A stretch of 64,000 nucleotides of DNA from a virus, in the IMG/VR virus record IMGVR_UViG_3300042453_001086, positions 1-64,000 of that record. One strand, written 5' to 3'. The notes below the pieces were generated by a model, which ran no database searches, was not told the DNA's origin, and was given only the letters and a program-made list of their open reading frames with translations. Shown piece by piece: positions 31,841 through 41,942 of the stretch (the first letter of the stretch is position 1; the number at the start of each line of letters is the position of its first letter). The position numbers and the translations under genes were made by a program.

Positions 31841-33120
31841 GATACGGGATGCATTTGGTAGTTTCCTTTTCGGTCTTTCGACACGATGAACTTGGCGGCG
31901 CGGCTCGCCCTTGGTTGAACCACCACTCTAGCACCTTGGATGCCATACTGTCTCCTATCTCCTTTGTTAATAAGCATTAAGACTGGTTCATAATCGCCAG
32001 TCATAGGAGTGGGATTCATAACTAAGTGGGCAGACATTTCTAATCTATATTTACCCCCAACCTTTCTCAATGATGGGTTTCCTTGTAAAACTCCCGTACA
32101 GTTAGATATTCCGTATGTAGAAGTTCCAAAGTTTTTTCCATAAACAGATTCCATCTTTAAAGCATTATCTTCAATATCCATCATTGCAGTAAAACCTTTT
32201 CCACTTGATTGTTGAAAATCATACTGCATTCCTGCACCACAAAAATACGAAAGATATTTTGCAAAAGCTCTAATCTCAGGAAACTTATCCAAACTTTCAT
32301 CAGCACCTTCTTTATCATTTGCGTAATGACTAACGCCACCCCATTGCTGAAAATGACTTGCGCGTGATCCTTGCTTGTGAGAAAACCAAGCAACATCTAC
32401 AAGTTTTCTATTTTCTAAAGCAACAAAAGCAAGATCAGCTTTAACGTTTCCTTCGACTTTATTAACACCAACAATATTAGAAAAAGTTTTGTTTCCTATC
32501 TGTAAGTCTATAGTCGGAACACCAAGATCATCAAGTTCTTTATTAAAGGTGTTTATGAAATCTGCTTCTCCTTGTTCAGTTGCTGATGGTTCGTTCAACG
32601 AATAAGAAGAATCAACTGTATCGACATAAAACCCCAGTTTACCCCAGTACATCCCTGGTTTACTTCCACCCGAAACTTTTCCACCAAAACCAACATCCAT
32701 TCCCATTCCATTATCTTTTAAAATTTTTCCACTATTAACAGAACTAGCAGTTGACTTTGTTGTTGTTGTATAAAAGTTTACACGAAAAGGAGCTTTATCT
32801 AGATTTGGAGTATTTTTAATTGAGTTTTCTATTGTTTTTAATATACCATTTTTTCCAGAATAAAAATTCTGAAATGAAGTAAATCTTTTTGGTTCAAATT
32901 CTATAAACTCTTTACTTTGCTTCCACCTACCATTTACTTTTTCTGGTATGCTAATGCCAACCATTTTAAAATAGATTTCTACGCCATTGTCTTCAGACAA
33001 TCTATTTTTGTCCAATAAAATAAATGGTCTGTCATTTTTAATTCTATCGTATATAACCTCAAAACACTGTTTATATCTTTTGGTTATTTCTCCCCAAGTT
33101 AATCCTTTGCCGCCTGCCAT
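31837..33120 (-). CDS. Putative PD-(D/E)XK nuclease-domain protein
   Basis: C-terminal half KADLAF...WFSHK...FQQWGG; AT-rich gene. Confidence 0.5.
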   Translation of the reverse strand: MAGGKGLTWGEITKRYKQCFEVIYDRIKNDRPFILLDKNRLSEDNGVEIYFKMVGISIPEKVNGRWKQSKEFIEFEPKRFTSFQNFYSGKNGILKTIENSIKNTPNLDKAPFRVNFYTTTTKSTASSVNSGKILKDNGMGMDVGFGGKVSGGSKPGMYWGKLGFYVDTVDSSYSLNEPSATEQGEADFINTFNKELDDLGVPTIDLQIGNKTFSNIVGVNKVEGNVKADLAFVALENRKLVDVAWFSHKQGSRASHFQQWGGVSHYANDKEGADESLDKFPEIRAFAKYLSYFCGAGMQYDFQQSSGKGFTAMMDIEDNALKMESVYGKNFGTSTYGISNCTGVLQGNPSLRKVGGKYRLEMSAHLVMNPTPMTGDYEPVLMLINKGDRRQYGIQGARVVVQPRASRAAKFIVSKDRKGNYQMHPVS

Positions 33121-33129
33121 ATAAAAATA

Positions 33130-33154
33130 CCTCCCCTAATATATTTAGGGGAGG
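33130..33154 (-). promoter_or_regulatory. Perfect 10-bp hairpin containing late promoter CTAAATA and the SD GGAGG
   Basis: CCTCCCCTAA-ATATA-TTAGGGGAGG, 9 nt upstream of the ATG at 33120. Confidence 0.7.
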
Positions 33155-33160
33155 CATATA

Positions 33161-33565
33161 TCAAAGGTCGTTGGCGACTCGTTTCTCACTTCGCTCAATA
33201 CTGAAGGTTCCTTCTGGGTATCGAGCAGTCAGTTTCTCAAAGTTCATTTGAGCAATCTCCTCAAACGAAATATCAAGAGCAATACATGCTTGAGCAACAT
33301 ACCACAGGATATCACCAAGTTCACGTTTCATGTGAAAGATGTTATCTTCATTATAAGGTTTGCCTTGGAATGCGATCTTCTTCACGATCTCAGTAAACTC
33401 ACCACCTTCGGCAGTGATGCCACAGGCAGCAGTCATCAGACGCTGAATGTCAGCGCCTTGATTTTTCAGTTCGAGAATACGATCAACAAACTCACTAGTA
33501 TCTTTAGATGCTGGGCTGGTGACGGCACCAACAAACTCAACATACTTATTAAAATCAATCGTCAT
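33161..33565 (-). CDS. mazG: MazG-like NTP pyrophosphohydrolase
   Basis: EGGEFTEIVKK...ELGDILWY. Confidence 0.93.
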   Translation of the reverse strand: MTIDFNKYVEFVGAVTSPASKDTSEFVDRILELKNQGADIQRLMTAACGITAEGGEFTEIVKKIAFQGKPYNEDNIFHMKRELGDILWYVAQACIALDISFEEIAQMNFEKLTARYPEGTFSIERSEKRVANDL

Positions 33566-34944
33566 AGAATAAAACTGGTAAACTTGTTTTGTGTGTTTCG
33601 ACTTTGTTCTGCCGCCATTTCTTCAAAGTCATATTCCTCTTCTTTATCAGAAGAGAGGTCAACGGCGTTATCAACATTATAGAGCTTCATCCGTGCTCTG
33701 TCAACCCCAACCAGAAAACGCTTGTGCATGGTGGGATCGTTGTATCGATTCTTCAACTGCTTGACCATAATCTTGCCATCCTTCTCCAGATCCTCTGTAG
33801 CGATGAGAGCAAACATAAAGTCAGCAGTAGCTGGCAAGCCAAAAGACTCACTGGTATCAGTGAGATCGACATCACTATTACCAAACCCACTCCTAGTAGT
33901 CTGGGTAGCAGATACAAGCGGAACATTGTGCTCAACGGCAAGACCTCTAAGTTCTTCTGCGATTGCTTTGACATAGGTATAGGAGTTTACGATCGCTCCT
34001 TTGTATCTCGCACTTGCACAGATGTTGAGGTAGTCGATAAAGATGATATCGGGTTTAAATGTTTTCTTCAGTTGTAGTTCGTTAAGCAGGGATTTGAAAT
34101 GCCCGACGTGTGCTGATGCTGTAGGATATTCTTTGATGATAAGTCTACCTGCAGTCTTACGCTTCAGTTCATTGATGCGACTTTGAAAGATTGTCTCAGG
34201 CAAATCAATCAGGTCTTTGATATTGACGTTAAACAAGTTAGCATCAATACGTTCGGCAATCTTTTCTTCTGCCATTTCCATAGTGATGTAGAGAACGTTG
34301 CGACCCATCGACAAACAATGAGCGGCAAGGTCACACATAAAGAGTGACTTACCTACACCAGTGCCAGCAAGAGCAACGTTAAGAGTCTTGTTTGGCAGAC
34401 CACCTTTGGTAATCTTATTAAAGTATTCAAGGTGGAAAGGAATCTTATCTTCCTCACGATGGTAGAACTCATATCGCTCAACACTATTCTCTAGATAATC
34501 GTGACCTACATGTTCGTCGAACGATACTGCCAGGGCCTCTTGAAGGATTGCTGGGATCGCATCTTTTGATATTTTTGTATTACCTCCATCCGCGACCTTG
34601 ATTGATTCGAGGAGAGCAAGATAGATTGCTCTGTCTTTACACCACTTCTCTGTGGTGTCGAGCAACCAGTTGTATTCGACTGGAGCATCACTAAGCTCAG
34701 CAATCGTTTTAACCGCGTTTTGATATACTTCCTCATTTAAATCTTTCCTTCCTTCAAGGTTAATCGTCAACACTTCTTTGGTAGGCACCAGTTCATAGGT
34801 GCTTGCGAAGTTCCAGACTTCTTCATAGATCACACGTTCATGGATCTCATTGAAGTAATCTGGTTTTACAAAAGGAACAACCTTCCTGTAGAACTGTTCG
34901 TTACACAGGAGGTTGCGTAAAATAGTTGTTTCAATCCTCTCCAT
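33562..34944 (-). CDS. gp41: Replicative DNA helicase
   Basis: AGTGVGKS Walker A; IFIDYLNI; [10 protein letters not shown]. Confidence 0.97.
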   Translation of the reverse strand: MERIETTILRNLLCNEQFYRKVVPFVKPDYFNEIHERVIYEEVWNFASTYELVPTKEVLTINLEGRKDLNEEVYQNAVKTIAELSDAPVEYNWLLDTTEKWCKDRAIYLALLESIKVADGGNTKISKDAIPAILQEALAVSFDEHVGHDYLENSVERYEFYHREEDKIPFHLEYFNKITKGGLPNKTLNVALAGTGVGKSLFMCDLAAHCLSMGRNVLYITMEMAEEKIAERIDANLFNVNIKDLIDLPETIFQSRINELKRKTAGRLIIKEYPTASAHVGHFKSLLNELQLKKTFKPDIIFIDYLNICASARYKGAIVNSYTYVKAIAEELRGLAVEHNVPLVSATQTTRSGFGNSDVDLTDTSESFGLPATADFMFALIATEDLEKDGKIMVKQLKNRYNDPTMHKRFLVGVDRARMKLYNVDNAVDLSSDKEEEYDFEEMAAEQSRNTQNKFTSFIL

Positions 34945-35959
34945 CCACTACTCCGTATAGAAACTCTTTACTGGCACACTCATCAAGGGCTTGCATTATT
35001 TCGGGGGTGAAATATTTTTCGGGATCAGCAAGTATAACAGAAGGATAAACGGAAGATTCCCCAACAACCACCCGATTCCCCTTACGCTGGAATACTCCGT
35101 ATTTCTCACCCAACTCCAATAATCCATAATACTTATCCAATCCCCGTGAGTCATAGAATAACCTCGTCTCGATGTCTGAGTTTTCTTTGGTGAAGCGAGA
35201 CTTCTGTGCCTTCACTTTAATAATGTTACCCACAACTTCAGTGCCATCTTTCTCTTTCTTCTTAGACAAGAAGAGGATAGTTGATGCAGCATACTTCAAA
35301 CCAGTGCCGCCACCCATTTCTTTAGTCGGCACATAAGCACCAACCACTTCATATGTATGGTTAGTAACGATGAGCGGAATACCTGCTTGACCTAGCTTGA
35401 GTGATAGAATCCTAAAGATAGATTTGATCACCTGAGCGCGAGTCATGTCGCGTGTCTCCTTACCATCGGTTGCATCCTGAATCTCCTTAGAGGTCGAGAG
35501 CATCCCCAAAGAGTCTAGCACAAAAAGCAGCGGAGGTCTATCCTCTTTCTTAAGTTTCACATACTCATCTACCACCTTGATAGACTGAGTGCGAAACTCT
35601 TGAACAGTAGTGACAGGAACCAGACCGACACGTTTAACATCAATACCACGCGAAACCATCATGTCTTTAGACACAGCAGATTCAGTTTCAAAATAGATTA
35701 CCTGAGCATCAGGATTACTATTCAAGAAATGTTTGACGATGGAGAGGGCAAAGAATGTTTTACCAGTAGAGGATTCTCCAGCAAGCGCGGTGATTTTGTT
35801 GGAGGGTAATCCACCATAGATACTCCCACTAATGAGAGCGTTGAGAATATAGCTCCCTGTATCAACAAAGCCGTCGCAATCGCCCGTTGCGATTCCGTCA
35901 TCCGCCACACTTGCAAACTCATTATCTAACTCCTTAATAACAGATTGTAGGAAACTCAT
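34931..35959 (-). CDS. uvsX: RecA-like recombinase
   Basis: AGESSTGKT; VLDSLGML; MGGGTGLKY. Confidence 0.96.
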   Translation of the reverse strand: MSFLQSVIKELDNEFASVADDGIATGDCDGFVDTGSYILNALISGSIYGGLPSNKITALAGESSTGKTFFALSIVKHFLNSNPDAQVIYFETESAVSKDMMVSRGIDVKRVGLVPVTTVQEFRTQSIKVVDEYVKLKKEDRPPLLFVLDSLGMLSTSKEIQDATDGKETRDMTRAQVIKSIFRILSLKLGQAGIPLIVTNHTYEVVGAYVPTKEMGGGTGLKYAASTILFLSKKKEKDGTEVVGNIIKVKAQKSRFTKENSDIETRLFYDSRGLDKYYGLLELGEKYGVFQRKGNRVVVGESSVYPSVILADPEKYFTPEIMQALDECASKEFLYGVVDGED

Positions 35960-35965
35960 AATACC

Positions 35966-38458
35966 TCAACTAAAAAAACTACTTAAACTGCCTTTGCGTT
36001 CAGATTGCCATCCGATACATTCTAGCACGTTCTTCAGTGGTTCGAAGAAACTCTTCTCAAACTGTAGCGTATAGTCAACGTATTTGTCAAGGTTCAGTTC
36101 CTTCGGCAGTTGTTGAAAGAACGAGATGACATTTTCACGGATGGGGTTAGGTGTCTTCAGATATAGAAACTTAATCTTTTCACCTTCTTGAATGATTGGA
36201 TACTTGTGCTCCAAGTTATTCTTGCGAATATAATAGTTGTAAAGCAATGCTCCTCTTACTTGAATCGGTGTGCCCTTCTGGTAAATATCAGCCGCACTGC
36301 GATACTTCTTCAATCCATTGCAACCACGAGGGAATGCAACGTCAAGATAGTTCTGCTTCTTAGTGTCTTCCTTGATTTCATTAATGAAGTCAAGCACATC
36401 ATCATTTGTTTTAGTAATGATAATAGTGTATGCCTGCATCAGTTTGTCTCGGAAGTAAGCAGGAGTGGAAGAACGTGCCGTCTCCATGCCACAGATTTTC
36501 ATCTTAGGTTTGGCATAACGCACACCTTCGCTATCCCATACGTTGAGAACATAGCGTTTCTTCGCGGTCCAGAAACCACGCTCAGCAATGTTCTCACGCT
36601 TCATCTTCATCATTTGCGCGTAGGCGTTGAGGTAATCCGCCAGTTCTTGGTAAGAACTTTCAATAAACTTTTCAAGTTCCATGCTACAGACCTTATCAAG
36701 GAATGTAACAATGCTCTCATTAGTTTTCTCTCGTCCTGCGAATACCTTTTCAACCAGAGGACCAAGATTAAGATACATAGAATCAGTGTCTGAAGCAATA
36801 ACATAATCAACTCCATTCGTTTTCAGGATTTTATTTAGATAGGCATTCATTCTATCTCCAATCCAACGAATAGATAGCTGACCAGATAGAGTGATTGCCT
36901 CAGCGATTTCAAGTTTGTAATAACGGAAGTGCTCGTTACCGATAGCACCATAGGCAGAGTTGAGTTGAATCTTTCGTGCCATCTGAATGTTATTGCAGCG
37001 AGAGATTTCTTTCTTCAACTCAATCGTTGGAGTCTTTTCGTATTGCTGTTTAGCAGCAAGCATCTTCTTTTTGTAGATGGTTCTGTCTTGATAGATCTTC
37101 TCCATGAGCTTGGGAAGGAATCCCTGAAACTCAGTGGTGTAGTGCGTCCCATTGGCGCACAGGGTCTCCCCTACGAGGTCGCTGGTATCGAACGCCTTAT
37201 CGAGCAGCATATCCACGTTGACGCTGCTACGGCGTGGTAGGAGGGTCTCTGGAGACAGGTTGTATTGCATGATTAGGTGAGGATACAGGGAGTTCAAGTC
37301 GAACGACACCACCCAGTCATACATGCCAGGCACAGGTTCCTTCACATAAGCACCAGCATACTTGGCATCCTTAACACTATCTTTCTTAGGAGGAATCACT
37401 ACGCCCATCTTCGCAAGATAGATGAAGATGATGTTATCCCACATACGCACCTGAGAATACACATCCTCAAAGTTTACCTTAGCGTCGTATGCCATAGTAA
37501 ACGCCAGTTCCAATAGCTTCATCTTGTCTTCTAGTTGGTCAACAAGGCGAACGTCAATGATGTTATACCTAACAAACTTATCCCAATCTTTAGTGTAGAA
37601 CTCCTTGAAAGTATCAAACTCAGAGTGGTCAAGTTTCTTAGCGTCAAGTTCTACCGACGCGATATGGTCGAGGCGATAGGATTCTTGGTTGGTGTATGTG
37701 AACTTCTTATAGAGTTCAAGGTAATCCAAACAAGCAACACCAGGAATATCATATGCAATCTGTTTGCGACCCTTAATGAAAATCTCACGCGAGGAGATTA
37801 GTTTCCAAGGAGACAAAAGTTTAGTATAATCTTCACCAAGCATTCTATCCATGCGGCGGCAGATGTATGGAATATCAAATAGTTGAACGTTCCAACCAGT
37901 GATTACGTCGGGGGTATTCTCCTGCCACCAGCGTAGAAAGCTAGTGAGGAGTTTCGTTTCATCGTTGCAATGAATGTAATCAACCTGTCTGTCTTCATTC
38001 TGGAAACTTTTTGATCCCCAGACAGTGATGCGATTTGTAAAAGAATCACGGATAGAAATAAGCAGAATCTCTTGGTCTGCTGATTCAATATCAGGGAAAC
38101 CATTTTCTGCTCCAGTCTCAATATCGAGAGTGAAGGTGCGAATAAGAGATGAGTCGAACTTGATTTCATCTTCTGGATATGCTTCGTTGATATACTGATA
38201 CAAGTATCTAGTATTTCCATGGATTTCAAATCCTTCCACACCTTCATACTGATTGATGAACTGCCTACAATCATTAATAGAGCCTGGAGAGATTGCTTTA
38301 AGAAAGCGCCCATCCAGACTCTTGTGGTCTGTTTGCTTATTGCTAAGCACATACAGTTTAGGATTGTAGTTTACACGATACTGAACACGCTCACCATTTT
38401 CATAACCACGAACGAGGACACGATTCCCCGCTTGTTCAATGTTCGTATAAAACTTCAT
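35966..38458 (-). CDS. gp43: Family B DNA polymerase
   Basis: DIET exonuclease; SFDLNSLYP; KIQLNSAYG; SDTDS. Confidence 0.98.
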   Translation of the reverse strand: MKFYTNIEQAGNRVLVRGYENGERVQYRVNYNPKLYVLSNKQTDHKSLDGRFLKAISPGSINDCRQFINQYEGVEGFEIHGNTRYLYQYINEAYPEDEIKFDSSLIRTFTLDIETGAENGFPDIESADQEILLISIRDSFTNRITVWGSKSFQNEDRQVDYIHCNDETKLLTSFLRWWQENTPDVITGWNVQLFDIPYICRRMDRMLGEDYTKLLSPWKLISSREIFIKGRKQIAYDIPGVACLDYLELYKKFTYTNQESYRLDHIASVELDAKKLDHSEFDTFKEFYTKDWDKFVRYNIIDVRLVDQLEDKMKLLELAFTMAYDAKVNFEDVYSQVRMWDNIIFIYLAKMGVVIPPKKDSVKDAKYAGAYVKEPVPGMYDWVVSFDLNSLYPHLIMQYNLSPETLLPRRSSVNVDMLLDKAFDTSDLVGETLCANGTHYTTEFQGFLPKLMEKIYQDRTIYKKKMLAAKQQYEKTPTIELKKEISRCNNIQMARKIQLNSAYGAIGNEHFRYYKLEIAEAITLSGQLSIRWIGDRMNAYLNKILKTNGVDYVIASDTDSMYLNLGPLVEKVFAGREKTNESIVTFLDKVCSMELEKFIESSYQELADYLNAYAQMMKMKRENIAERGFWTAKKRYVLNVWDSEGVRYAKPKMKICGMETARSSTPAYFRDKLMQAYTIIITKTNDDVLDFINEIKEDTKKQNYLDVAFPRGCNGLKKYRSAADIYQKGTPIQVRGALLYNYYIRKNNLEHKYPIIQEGEKIKFLYLKTPNPIRENVISFFQQLPKELNLDKYVDYTLQFEKSFFEPLKNVLECIGWQSERKGSLSSFFS

Positions 38459-38461
38459 GCG

Positions 38462-38848
38462 TCAACCCACGGTCTTCTGGTAGTATTCTAGCACAGAATA
38501 GGACGGATCGCAAATGGTCAGAATGTCATCTGCTCGCATGTAGATTTGAGTTTGATTAGTATATTTTGGAAACTTCTGTAATAGAATATAATCTGACTGA
38601 ATAACTGTCACTTCGTTACCATCCTTATCTGTTTCTTTTTCCACACTCTCTTCAATAAAAAGAGCATCTGGATTGTGAACGTTTTTGTAATCAACGTTAG
38701 AATGATCCCAGTAAGTCAGGTCAGTTATTCTGTATGGATTTGTAAGAAGACACTCGGGGCTTTCTTCTCTTTCTTCAATCCCCGCTATCAGATACTCCTG
38801 ATTCTTCAACAGAATCACTTGAATCACTGGTTGCTGTGGCGTCGTCAT
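38462..38848 (-). CDS. Hypothetical protein (Sm-like beta fold suspected)
   Basis: 128 aa; paralog-like pattern with the neighbouring gene. Confidence 0.65.
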   Translation of the reverse strand: MTTPQQPVIQVILLKNQEYLIAGIEEREESPECLLTNPYRITDLTYWDHSNVDYKNVHNPDALFIEESVEKETDKDGNEVTVIQSDYILLQKFPKYTNQTQIYMRADDILTICDPSYSVLEYYQKTVG

Positions 38849-39134
38849 TTAGTTTATCTCCAAATTTTTCAATGTAAATGTTAGCAATGTCTGGTTCTGG
38901 ATCTCCAATAGCAGCAACTACATCATAAGGAACTTTATATTGAATATCGGTAGCATATGGAATCCATTTAGTAAAGTTTACAGAGAACTGACCATCTCCA
39001 CTAGGAGTCATAGAAAGAACATACGGACACCTAAAAACAAATCCTAATCCTTTATTTGTTTCTGGATCAGTAAACTCACCAACTGCAGCAATGAGTTTTT
39101 CTCCATTCTTAGTAACAATAATCTTTGGAATCAT
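38775..39134 (-). CDS. Hypothetical protein (Sm-like beta fold suspected)
   Basis: 119 aa; own promoter TTGCCC-N17-TATACT at 39186-39158; GGAG SD. Confidence 0.7.
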   Translation of the reverse strand: MIPKIIVTKNGEKLIAAVGEFTDPETNKGLGFVFRCPYVLSMTPSGDGQFSVNFTKWIPYATDIQYKVPYDVVAAIGDPEPDIANIYIEKFGDKLNDDATATSDSSDSVEESGVSDSGD

Positions 39135-39167
39135 AAAATAATCTCCTGTTTAATAAAAGTATAGCAC

Positions 39168-39212
39168 AAAAAAGAAAATAGGGCAAGAGCTGATAGTTGC
39201 CAGCCCCGCCCT
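39168..39212 (-). terminator. Long-stem terminator after hsp20, overlapping the next promoter
   Basis: AGGGCGGGGCTG...CAGCTCTTGCCCT followed by a U-rich tract. Confidence 0.7.
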
Positions 39213-39242
39213 TGCGCCGACGATATTTGGGTTGCCCCGCGA

Positions 39243-39689
39243 CTATTTATCCTCAGTTAAAAACTTAGGATCTAGTTTTCTACCAATAGTATACGTCGTT
39301 CTCTTCTGATGTTCTGGGATGACTTTCTCCAGTGAGATTGTTAGTAGACCATCCGCAAAGTCTACAGAGGATACTCTGACTTCATCTGCAAGTTGCCATG
39401 AGTTATTGAAGGAACGTTTGGATAAACCTTTGTGCAAGTATGTTCTTTCAGTATCTCGTTTTTCAACTTTTGAGGTAACTCTGAGAATGTTTTGTTCTGT
39501 AGAGACCTCAATCTCATCTGCTCTAAATCCAGCCAGAGCGATTTCAATTTCGTAGTTAGCTTCATCGTGTTTGACGATATTGTATGGAGGATAGCTTGTG
39601 TTGTGACCAGACATGGCATCCAGTCTATTAAAAATGCTATCTAATCCAACGCCAAAGGGGGCGTAAATATCCCAGGTGTATTGTGACAT
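39243..39689 (-). CDS. hsp20: Small heat-shock protein
   Basis: YPPYNI...EIALAGF...YLHKGLSKRSF...DGLLTI. Confidence 0.95.
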   Translation of the reverse strand: MSQYTWDIYAPFGVGLDSIFNRLDAMSGHNTSYPPYNIVKHDEANYEIEIALAGFRADEIEVSTEQNILRVTSKVEKRDTERTYLHKGLSKRSFNNSWQLADEVRVSSVDFADGLLTISLEKVIPEHQKRTTYTIGRKLDPKFLTEDK

Positions 39690-39768
39690 GATAGTTCTCC
39701 TTGTATAAGCGAGAGTTTTAGTGGAGACCCCGAAGGCATCTCTTCAATATTATATATCAGATAGCAAT

Positions 39769-39792
39769 AAAAAAGGGAGTGTGGAACTCCCT
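39769..39792 (-). terminator. Terminator after regA
   Basis: AGGGAGT-TCCAC-ACTCCCT followed by a U-tract. Confidence 0.75.
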
Positions 39793-39798
39793 ACAAAA

Positions 39799-40227
39799 TT
39801 ATTCGGTTACCTCAGTCTTCTTACGACCAATGTTATATTTACTTTCGAGCGTCCATTCGTCTTTCTCTTTAAAAGCAAGAACTTTGATTTGATTCAACGG
39901 AGCAACATCAGCGATTGCTTCTGCTTTAACAACAGAAATCAATCCCCAATCGGATAACAGTTGAATGATTCTGTTTCTACGTTGCACATCATTCACTGAA
40001 AGATTTGTATTCTTTCCATCAAGGGCAAACAGCTCCTTGAAGTGAACGATATAATACTTGCCTTGCTTATGCAAGATATGGCAAGATTGATAAATCTTTT
40101 TTTCTTTACGGGATGCGACACCGATACGAGTTAGGGTCTCACGAACTTTGAGGAAATCATCAGGTTCATTGAGAGTAACCTCAACCATATCAGCTTGCTT
40201 CCATTCTACTTCGATATCAGGAGTCAT
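39799..40227 (-). CDS. regA: Translational repressor RegA
   Basis: DDFLKVRETLTRIGVAS...QSCHILHKQG.YYIVHFKELF. Confidence 0.97.
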   Translation of the reverse strand: MTPDIEVEWKQADMVEVTLNEPDDFLKVRETLTRIGVASRKEKKIYQSCHILHKQGKYYIVHFKELFALDGKNTNLSVNDVQRRNRIIQLLSDWGLISVVKAEAIADVAPLNQIKVLAFKEKDEWTLESKYNIGRKKTEVTE

Positions 40228-40610
40228 CGTTTTCCACCTTTGTCTACAAGTTTTTTAATGTGTTCAAGTTGATCTTTAGATAAAATTCTCAATGCCTGTA
40301 GAGCCTTATCGTCGTTATAACCATAATACTCCTTAATCGCATCAAGGTATTCTACTTGTGATTTTTTCGCCCAAGGCGAAAACCGCTTGCGCGGATTGAT
40401 ACTATTTATAAAAAAGTCATACTGCAACTTCTTATCCAAATGAGGATACATGTTCATCTCATTGGCAAAGAGAACTGTATCGTGGAATGCAGCAAGACAC
40501 TTGTTGACAATGAAAGGTGGATATGCTTTTTCCGATTCCTCGTCAATAACTACCGACTTCTTGTTTTGATTTATTGAGTTCAAATATTCCGTTAGAGATG
40601 GTTTCGTCAT
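40224..40610 (-). CDS. gp62: Clamp loader small subunit
   Basis: YPPFIVNKCL...QYDFFINSI..RKRFSPW; synteny. Confidence 0.93.
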   Translation of the reverse strand: MTKPSLTEYLNSINQNKKSVVIDEESEKAYPPFIVNKCLAAFHDTVLFANEMNMYPHLDKKLQYDFFINSINPRKRFSPWAKKSQVEYLDAIKEYYGYNDDKALQALRILSKDQLEHIKKLVDKGGKR

Positions 40611-41433
40611 AGTTAGTAATCAATAGTTCAGCACGGTCTTTTTGCTCATTCATGTAGTCACCCACTGAACGCATAGTATAAGTCAAATCCCATTTGGTTT
40701 GATAGAAACCATCATACCACTCCATAAGAGTTGGGTTGGTATTGTAAGTAATCATCCACTTGTCTTTTAGATTACCCTGAGTAATCCAAGCATGAAACTC
40801 TTCATGGTTGAATCCTTTGTGTAGTTCTCCTTTCTTACCATAGAGATTATCTTTGATATCATAAGGAGGGTCGAAGAACCAGAACGTTCCAACGGGAGCA
40901 GATGTCATCATCATATCCCAATAAGGACCACGAGTAATCTTCCAGTGTTGAATCAGTTCAGAATACTTGGGGAGATTTTCAATACCTCGCATTGAGAAGT
41001 TAGAGACACTTGCTTGAGGAGAGAAAGATGATGATTCAGTCAGACCAGAGAAACTACACTTGTTGACCACATAAAAAGCAGCAGATTTTTGAAGGTCAGG
41101 TGTATCAGCACTATTCAGTTGAATCTTCATTTCATCAAACAGTGCCCGTGCTTTACCTGGCGTGTCGTATTCATTCTTGTATGCTTCCAGCAAACAGAAT
41201 AGACCATCAGGTGACTTCTGCAGCATCTGCCAGAAGTTTACCAGCGGTTCATACAGGTCATTCACCCACACAGGAATGTCAGGGTATTCTTTTGTGAATG
41301 CGATTGCTACGCTACCACCACCGATAAAAGGTTCACGGTATTCGGTAACATCCTTAGGCATCTTGGGAACAAGATACTTGACGGCACGAGATTTACCGCC
41401 AGGATAGCGAAGGGGGGTTTTCAAAGATTTCAT
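40543..41433 (-). CDS. D12-class N6-adenine DNA methyltransferase
   Basis: LRYPGGKSR; YREPFIGGGSV; FFDPPY. Confidence 0.93.
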   Translation of the reverse strand: MKSLKTPLRYPGGKSRAVKYLVPKMPKDVTEYREPFIGGGSVAIAFTKEYPDIPVWVNDLYEPLVNFWQMLQKSPDGLFCLLEAYKNEYDTPGKARALFDEMKIQLNSADTPDLQKSAAFYVVNKCSFSGLTESSSFSPQASVSNFSMRGIENLPKYSELIQHWKITRGPYWDMMMTSAPVGTFWFFDPPYDIKDNLYGKKGELHKGFNHEEFHAWITQGNLKDKWMITYNTNPTLMEWYDGFYQTKWDLTYTMRSVGDYMNEQKDRAELLITNYDETISNGIFELNKSKQEVGSY

Positions 41434-41942
41434 AGTTTAAAAAGTTCGTCAATAATAGAGTTGTAAAGAGGTCTTACTTGGTCTATCGTAGCAGGTTTAA
41501 TGTCAGTTGCAAGATAGATTAAATCGCTTTTATCTATTTTAATTTTTATTCCATCGGTAGCAGTTCTCCATCGTTTAATACTATTATCATAACTTGTATA
41601 TGCAATAGCATTATTAGTTTGATCTATTAATACCATATAATCATAAGTATTTTTAGGAGCACTAACACTACCCATGAAGTTTTTTAATGTTATTTCTTTA
41701 GTGAGTTTAGCGCGGTTTGTTTGAAATAAATTATCTTGCCCCTTACATTCATACCTATTATTAGTAGTAGGACATTCAAAATCTCTGCCAAGAGTAGAAT
41801 CTAATCCAACATAAGTGAGGGTGCTGGTTTTTTCAATAGCCTTTTCAATAATAATCGCTCTACTAAATCTCATACCACCGTGTCTAAGTTCTCGGGTAGC
41901 ATGTACTACACCCATCACCATTTCGAAATCAAACTTAATCAT
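41430..41942 (-). CDS. Putative PD-(D/E)XK endonuclease coupled to the MTase
   Basis: GRDF...RYECK motif; AT-rich; 4-nt overlaps with both gp44 and the MTase. Confidence 0.5.
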   Translation of the reverse strand: MIKFDFEMVMGVVHATRELRHGGMRFSRAIIIEKAIEKTSTLTYVGLDSTLGRDFECPTTNNRYECKGQDNLFQTNRAKLTKEITLKNFMGSVSAPKNTYDYMVLIDQTNNAIAYTSYDNSIKRWRTATDGIKIKIDKSDLIYLATDIKPATIDQVRPLYNSIIDELFKL

